13,868 nt of DNA. Source: Myxococcota bacterium (lineage in GTDB: Bacteria > Myxococcota > JACRCW01). The position numbers and the translations under genes were made by a program. Below, piece after piece: positions 7,941-13,868 of this stretch. The notes under the pieces were generated by a model. It saw only the letters and a list, made by a program, of their open reading frames with translations, did no database searches and was not told the origin of the DNA. Every line of letters begins with the position of its first letter. The first letter of the stretch is position 1. Location of the stretch: positions 1-13,868 of the forward strand of contig JBFMGU010000274.1 in assembly GCA_040752415.1 (NCBI GenBank). The letters run 5' to 3'.

Positions 7941-8190
7941 GTGCTGCCGCGCTGGCCTGGGATGCCCGGATCGTCGACGGAAAACCGCAACCCACAAGCC
8001 GCGTCAATCCGTCCCCACCCGACCCGTGCCCAGTAAGGTCGTACGACCGTCGTCGGGCGCGCTGACGCGCGCATCCATTCCCCGCTTGGGGAACCGGGGC
8101 ATGTCAGGCCGGCGCGGCATGGTTGCCGCAAACCGGGTGGAACAGCATTCACGTCGTCAATCCGGGCATCCCAGGTCAGCGCGGCAGCAC
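7941..8190. repeat. 250-bp intergenic element bounded by 39-bp inverted repeats (MITE-like or structured RNA)
   Basis: Left arm 7941-7979 GTGCTGCCGCGCTGGCCTGGGATGCCCGGATCGTCGACG. Reverse complement of right arm 8152-8190 is GTGCTGCCGCGCTGACCTGGGATGCCCGGATTGACGACG. 36/39 positions identical. Confidence 0.85.
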
Positions 8191-8217
8191 ATGTGCCGCA
8201 GGTCCTCCTACGGGTCC

Positions 8218-8412
8218 TCAACTGCTCGCCATGGCGTGATGCAGGGCCTCCAGCCCGTCCGGGTCCGCTCCCACGTCGGGACCGGTGGAAGGGTTGGCCA
8301 GCGTCTTGATGAGCGCCAGCTCCACCAACGCGGACATGGACTTCCCCGTGCGGGAGCTTTCCACCCGCAACCGCGCCATGACGGCGTCCGCAATCACGAA
8401 GGTGGCTTTCAT
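8218..8412 (-). CDS. Ribbon-helix-helix (CopG/VapB-like antitoxin-type) protein, 64 aa
   Basis: MKATFVIADAVMARLRVESSRTGKSMSALVELAL fits the RHH beta-alpha-alpha pattern of VapB/CopG-type proteins. No toxin gene adjacent. Confidence 0.72.
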   Translation of the reverse strand: MKATFVIADAVMARLRVESSRTGKSMSALVELALIKTLANPSTGPDVGADPDGLEALHHAMASS

Positions 8413-8418
8413 GCTGGT

Positions 8419-8447
8419 GAGTTACGGACGCGTCACAACAGCGTCAA
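8419..8447 (-). promoter_or_regulatory. Possible promoter for a leaderless RHH transcript
   Basis: Minus strand TTGACG (8447-8442) - 17 bp - TAACTC (8424-8419) - 6 bp - ATG 8412. No SD. The -10 element is imperfect. Confidence 0.4.
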
Positions 8448-8510
8448 CCCGGGGTGACACCGCGCCGCGCCCGCCGTGACGACGTGGACATGCGCCATCC
8501 GGGTAGGCCC

Positions 8511-8555
8511 ACAAACACCAACGCCCTCCCCAGGCGGACCCGGAGAGGGCGTTGG
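8511..8555 (-). terminator. Intrinsic terminator downstream of rpsA
   Basis: Minus strand CCAACGCCCTCTCCGGG-TCCG-CCTGGGGAGGGCGTTGG forms a 17-bp stem with two G-U pairs that work only on this strand, followed by TGTTTGT. It begins about 23 nt after the rpsA stop. Confidence 0.8.
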
Positions 8556-8578
8556 GAACTGCTCAGCTCAGCCGGCTA

Positions 8579-10273
<1,695 letters not shown>

Positions 10274-10476
10274 GAAATCAGTGCGTCCTTTCACGCATGC
10301 GGGTCCAAGGCATTCGGGCAAGCGGCGTTTCAGCCAAAAGAGCCCGTGGGTCATGAGAGCGAGCGGCGGGGACCCCATGTCCCCAGCAGACCGCCCGCGC
10401 AAGGTGCCCGGACAAACCCACCTTGCTTGGTTGAACTCTGCGTTGCCTTCCAGACCCACCATGGGCTTGGAAAGGC
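10274..10476 (-). promoter_or_regulatory. Long, structured rpsA 5' leader (candidate cis-regulatory RNA)
   Basis: Consecutive hairpins on the minus strand: GCCTTTCCA..TGGAAGGC; GCAAGGTG..CACCTTGC; GCGGGCGG..GGGGAC-ATGGG-GTCCCC..CCGCTCGC; TGCGT-GAAAGG-ACGCA next to the start codon. Confidence 0.55.
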
Positions 10477-10481
10477 GGGGC

Positions 10482-10510
10482 ACCCTAGGAGGCAGGAATC
10501 TGCGCGTCAA
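10482..10510 (-). promoter_or_regulatory. Sigma70-type promoter of rpsA
   Basis: TTGACG (10510-10505) - 17 bp - TAGGGT (10487-10482). Confidence 0.7.
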
Positions 10511-10648
10511 GCCGCCGTGGGTGCGCGGTGGGATAACGGCGCCTGGGGGTTCGCGCCACCGGGGTTCCCGTCGGGGCTGACAGGTGTTTGGGGGAGGGCG
10601 GACGGGGCCTTCAGCGACGAGATGGCGGACGGCCCGGAAACCGTTGAA

Positions 10649-12238
10649 TCACGCCAGCACCCGACGGGCGCGCTGCCAGTACTGGTACCGGTCGCTGTAA
10701 CCGTTGGTGCCGCCGTTGATCGACGTGGTGATGCCGTAGAAGTCGTTGCGGTCGGCCTTCGCGTTCAGGCCGTGGGTGCGCCAGAACAGCGAGGCGATGC
10801 GGAAGCCCACCGACGGACGCGCGGCCAGCCACGGCTTGCGCTCCAGCGGAAGGCCCAGCAGCTGCCCGTAGCGACGGTAGTTGGCCCGCCCGGTGAGCTG
10901 GATGGGGCCGCGGCCGTGGTAGCGCGCGCCGTCGCCGGGACGGGTGTTCCCCAGGTCGGAGCGGCCCTCGTACATGCGCGTGAAGTAGGAACGGTCGCCC
11001 AGCTCCTCGAACGTGGTGAGGCCAATGCTCTCGTGCGCCAGCTGCGCCACGAAGTGCGCCTGACGACGGGGCGAGGTGATTCCCTGCTCCCGCATGGCCG
11101 TGTTGAGCAGCGGCGCGTAGCGACGGGCGGTGCTGGCCGGAAGGTTGGGCATGATCGCGCGCAGCTCACGCGGGCTCACCGTCCGACGATCCAGCTCCTT
11201 CTCCATCTTGCGGATCTGGCTGCTCTGGATGGCGCCGTCGGCCTTGAGGTGGTTCTTGCGCTCGAACGACTTCACCGCGCGCTCGGTCTGCTTGGTGAAG
11301 AGGCCGTCCACCTTGCCCACGCTGTAACCCAGCTGCTTGAGAAGCCGCTCGCTGCGCAGCACGGCGCGGGAACGCTCGCCCTCACGCTGGGCGGGGGCGC
11401 CGGCCTTGGTGCTGTAGATTTCCGCCTTGCCCAGCTTGTTCCACGTGGCCTCGTCGACGCGGCCCGTGACCGGCAGCTTGCTCCGCCGCTGGAACGCCTT
11501 CAGGGCGCCCTCGGTGCGCTCGTCGAACTTCCCGTCGGTGTGCTTGGGGTCGTAGCCCGCGGCGCGGAGCTTGAGCTGCACGTTCTTGACGTGCCGGCCG
11601 TTCTCACCCACGCCAAAGCCGGTGGTGCCGTCCAGGTTGGTGCGCGCGGCGCGCGTCGTCGTCAGGGAGTCCAGGCGACGGTGCTCCGCCGACGGCTTGG
11701 TCCGACCGCGGTAGGGATCATGGCTGAGCGCCTTGGTCTCACGCTCCAGGACCTGCTGGCCGCGCGTGCCCAGGATTTCCTGGTGGTTGCCCTTGAGGTC
11801 GCGGGGCTGGTCCTTCTTGAAGGCGGCCACGGCCTTGGCGGTGTCGCCGTCAAACACGCCGTCGACGGCGCCGGGGTCATAGCCCAGCCGCTTGAGGCGC
11901 TTCTCCGCCTCCAGGACGCGGTCGCCGGCCTGGCCCTTGCCAATCCACCCGTCGTGGTTGCGCACGCGCGCCTGCACGCCCTTGAGCTGCTTGAAGGTGG
12001 CCTCGTCCAGCTGGCCGGTCTCCGGGAGGCCCACGCTCTTCTGGAAGCCGCGGAGGGCGGTGGTGGTCTTGGCGGTGAACTTGTTGTCGACGACGCCGGG
12101 GTCAAAGCCCGCCAGCTTGAGGTTCCGCTCCACCGTCTTCACCTCGCGCTGGTTGGCGCCCTCGGAGATGGGGCCCTTGGTGCGAAGGTGGGTATCAACG
12201 CGCTTGTTGGCGGCCTTTTCGGAACGGGACACAGCCAC
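10649..12238 (-). CDS. Peptidoglycan hydrolase: four PG_binding_1 domains + C-terminal glycoside hydrolase family 19 (lysozyme/endolysin-like) domain
   Basis: Four repeats of the L..LGYDPG.VDG.F...T..A...FQ....L...G type. GH19 motifs AHFVAQLAHES, YEGRSDLGNTRPGDGARYHGRGPIQLTGRANY, FW...GLN..AD, ITTSINGGTNG..DR. GGAGG RBS 5 nt before GTG 12238. Confidence 0.93.
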   Translation of the reverse strand: MAVSRSEKAANKRVDTHLRTKGPISEGANQREVKTVERNLKLAGFDPGVVDNKFTAKTTTALRGFQKSVGLPETGQLDEATFKQLKGVQARVRNHDGWIGKGQAGDRVLEAEKRLKRLGYDPGAVDGVFDGDTAKAVAAFKKDQPRDLKGNHQEILGTRGQQVLERETKALSHDPYRGRTKPSAEHRRLDSLTTTRAARTNLDGTTGFGVGENGRHVKNVQLKLRAAGYDPKHTDGKFDERTEGALKAFQRRSKLPVTGRVDEATWNKLGKAEIYSTKAGAPAQREGERSRAVLRSERLLKQLGYSVGKVDGLFTKQTERAVKSFERKNHLKADGAIQSSQIRKMEKELDRRTVSPRELRAIMPNLPASTARRYAPLLNTAMREQGITSPRRQAHFVAQLAHESIGLTTFEELGDRSYFTRMYEGRSDLGNTRPGDGARYHGRGPIQLTGRANYRRYGQLLGLPLERKPWLAARPSVGFRIASLFWRTHGLNAKADRNDFYGITTSINGGTNGYSDRYQYWQRARRVLA

Positions 12239-12332
12239 GGCGACCTCCAGTGTAGGTGCGATGGTTATCTTCCGGAGATGGCAGCAGTTGTTTCCGGCTC
12301 GGGCAATGGGGGGATGCCCGAGCGTCCGCCCA

Positions 12333-12362
12333 CTGACGGATGGGATGCGGCTCGGTTAGGGT
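12333..12362 (+). promoter_or_regulatory. Possible sigma70-type promoter of the ABC1 kinase gene
   Basis: CTGACG (12333-12338) - 18 bp - TAGGGT (12357-12362), the same -10 hexamer as upstream of rpsA. GGAG RBS before GTG 12384. Confidence 0.45.
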
Positions 12363-12383
12363 ACGCGCCCACCGGAGACCGCA

Positions 12384-13736
12384 GTGGCCGACGAGAATGA
12401 CCGCAACAAGAACCGCTCCACGCCGCCACCGACGGGGAGACTGGCCAGGCTGACGAGGTTGGGGAGCACAGCCACGGCGGTAACGGCGCGCGCGGCGCTG
12501 CAGAAGCTCAAGGAGACGGTGGCGCCCTCGGCGGACCACGCCGTTGCGCGCGCGGAGATGCTGCAGCGCAGTGGCAAGGACGTGGCGGCGACGTTGGCGG
12601 AGCTGAAGGGCGCGGCCATGAAGGTGGGCCAGCTGCTCTCCATTGACCCGCAGGTCCTTCCCCACGAGGTGCGCTCCGCGCTCTCCGAGCTGCAACACGG
12701 CGCTCCGCCCATGCCGTTCCCGATGGTGGAGCAGGTGGTGAGCGAGGCGTTGGGCGGGCCGCTGTCGTCGTTCTTCCGTTCCTTTGACGAGCAGCCGCTC
12801 GGTGCCGCGTCCATTGGCCAGGTGCACGGCGCGGTGACGCGCGAGGGCGAATCCGTGGCGGTGAAGGTGCAGTACCCGGGCATCGCCGACACCATCGACA
12901 GCGACGTCAAGAACCTGGGCATGGTGTTGCAGGTCTCACGCGTGGTGACGCCGGGCGTGCAGGTGGACGCGTACCTGGAGGAGTTCCGCCAGGTGCTGCA
13001 GCGTGAGGCGGACTACGTGCAGGAAGCGGACGCGCTCCGACGCTACGGCGAGCTGTTCCGCGCGGAGTTCCCCGGCACGCGCACTCCCCGCGCATTCCCC
13101 GGGCTCACGCGCAAGAACGTGCTCACCATGGAACGCATGCACGGGCGCAAGCTCGACGAGCACCTGGCGTCGCTGGGACACGCGGAGCGCACGGAGCTGG
13201 CCACGCGTTTCCTGGTCACGTACATGCGCCTCTTCCACGAGTTCTACACGCTGCACGCCGACCCGCACCCCGGCAACTTCCTGGTCGACGACGACGGGAA
13301 CCTCATCGTCCTCGATTTCGGGTGCGTGCGTGACTTCGAGCGTCGCTTCTCCAACGGGTTCACCGGGCTCTTGCGCGCGCAGTGGAAGGGTGACGCGGAT
13401 GCTCTTCCCGCGCTGTACCGCAGCATGGAATTCGGCACGCCCGACGCGAAGGGGCTCCACGACCCCGAGATGCTCTACGACTGGGGCGACGTCTTCCTGG
13501 AGCCGTTTCTCAAGGACGAGGAGTTCAACTTCCCGGCGTGGCGGCTCGAGGACAAGGCGACCGCGTTCCTGAAGGAGAATCCCGCCATCCTGACGCTGCC
13601 GCCGCCGAGACCGGCGCTGTTCTACTTCCGCGTGTGCGCGGGTGTTCGCGGGATGCTGACGCGCACGGACAGCCGCGTGAACGTCTACCGCTGCGCCAAA
13701 GGCGTGGACCGACGGCTGCGTGGGAAGGGTGTCTAG
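12384..13736 (+). CDS. ABC1/AarF/UbiB family atypical protein kinase
   Basis: LKGAAMKVGQLLS (KxGQ), PLGAASIGQVH, VAVKVQYPGI..TIDSD, E.DY.QEA, VLTME, LHADPHPGNF, LDFGCV. Confidence 0.95.
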   Translation: MADENDRNKNRSTPPPTGRLARLTRLGSTATAVTARAALQKLKETVAPSADHAVARAEMLQRSGKDVAATLAELKGAAMKVGQLLSIDPQVLPHEVRSALSELQHGAPPMPFPMVEQVVSEALGGPLSSFFRSFDEQPLGAASIGQVHGAVTREGESVAVKVQYPGIADTIDSDVKNLGMVLQVSRVVTPGVQVDAYLEEFRQVLQREADYVQEADALRRYGELFRAEFPGTRTPRAFPGLTRKNVLTMERMHGRKLDEHLASLGHAERTELATRFLVTYMRLFHEFYTLHADPHPGNFLVDDDGNLIVLDFGCVRDFERRFSNGFTGLLRAQWKGDADALPALYRSMEFGTPDAKGLHDPEMLYDWGDVFLEPFLKDEEFNFPAWRLEDKATAFLKENPAILTLPPPRPALFYFRVCAGVRGMLTRTDSRVNVYRCAKGVDRRLRGKGV

Positions 13737-13868
13737 GTACCTGGCCAGAAGTTCTTTCACATGTGGAGGAGCTCCGGTGAGCCCGGACAGCCCGAGCCAA
13801 AGCGGTATTTCAGACCGCACTCCCAAAGGTGCGGGCGGCCGCGCGTCCGTTCTTCGTCAGAGCGCCCG

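Noticed and set aside
7941..8190. Retron msr-msd, CRISPR array or complete IS element
   Set aside because: No reverse transcriptase, cas or transposase gene in the window, no long msd-type hairpin and no repeat-spacer periodicity. Kept only as an unexplained IR element.
7559..8221. 220-aa minus ORF overlapping the RHH stop as a possible toxin
   Set aside because: No PIN/RelE/HicA-like motifs, atypical composition, and it runs antisense through the better-supported coiled-coil gene.
10274..10510. 79-aa N-terminal extension of S1 from TTG 10510
   Set aside because: That TTG is the -35 hexamer of the predicted promoter. The extension is not S1-like, and S1 similarity begins after ATG 10273.
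10649..12238. Prophage lysis cassette
   Set aside because: No holin, spanin, integrase or structural phage genes nearby.
13737..13868. Short hairpins after the ABC1 kinase (GCGGT..ACCGC, CCGCAC..GTGCGG) as a terminator or ncRNA
   Set aside because: Stems are only 5-6 bp in GC-rich DNA, there is no adjacent U-tract, and the context is cut off by the window edge.

Overview
High-GC bacterial chromosomal segment, probably Myxococcota-like, inferred from a myxobacterial-type Cys-rich repeat and the overall gene content. From left to right it holds: (1) a secreted polysaccharide lyase family 8 gene on the minus strand, truncated by the window edge and missing from the ORF track; (2) a divergent NHEJ locus, ligD (PE-LIG-POL) <- -> ku, with ku translationally coupled to an uncharacterised MerR-like HTH + TPR gene; (3) a small coiled-coil gene and an orphan ribbon-helix-helix (VapB-like) gene converging on a 250-bp element bounded by 39-bp inverted repeats; (4) a stand-alone rpsA with its own promoter, a hairpin-rich leader of about 200 nt and a terminator; (5) a lysozyme-like gene with four peptidoglycan-binding domains and a GH19 domain; (6) an ABC1/AarF/UbiB kinase. 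The best candidate for an undescribed system is a three-component NHEJ module (LigD + Ku + HTH-TPR protein with a QxxLF clamp-like motif) whose shared 167-bp control region holds nine GATC motifs phased at about 10 bp. All calls come from manual motif reading; no searches were run.
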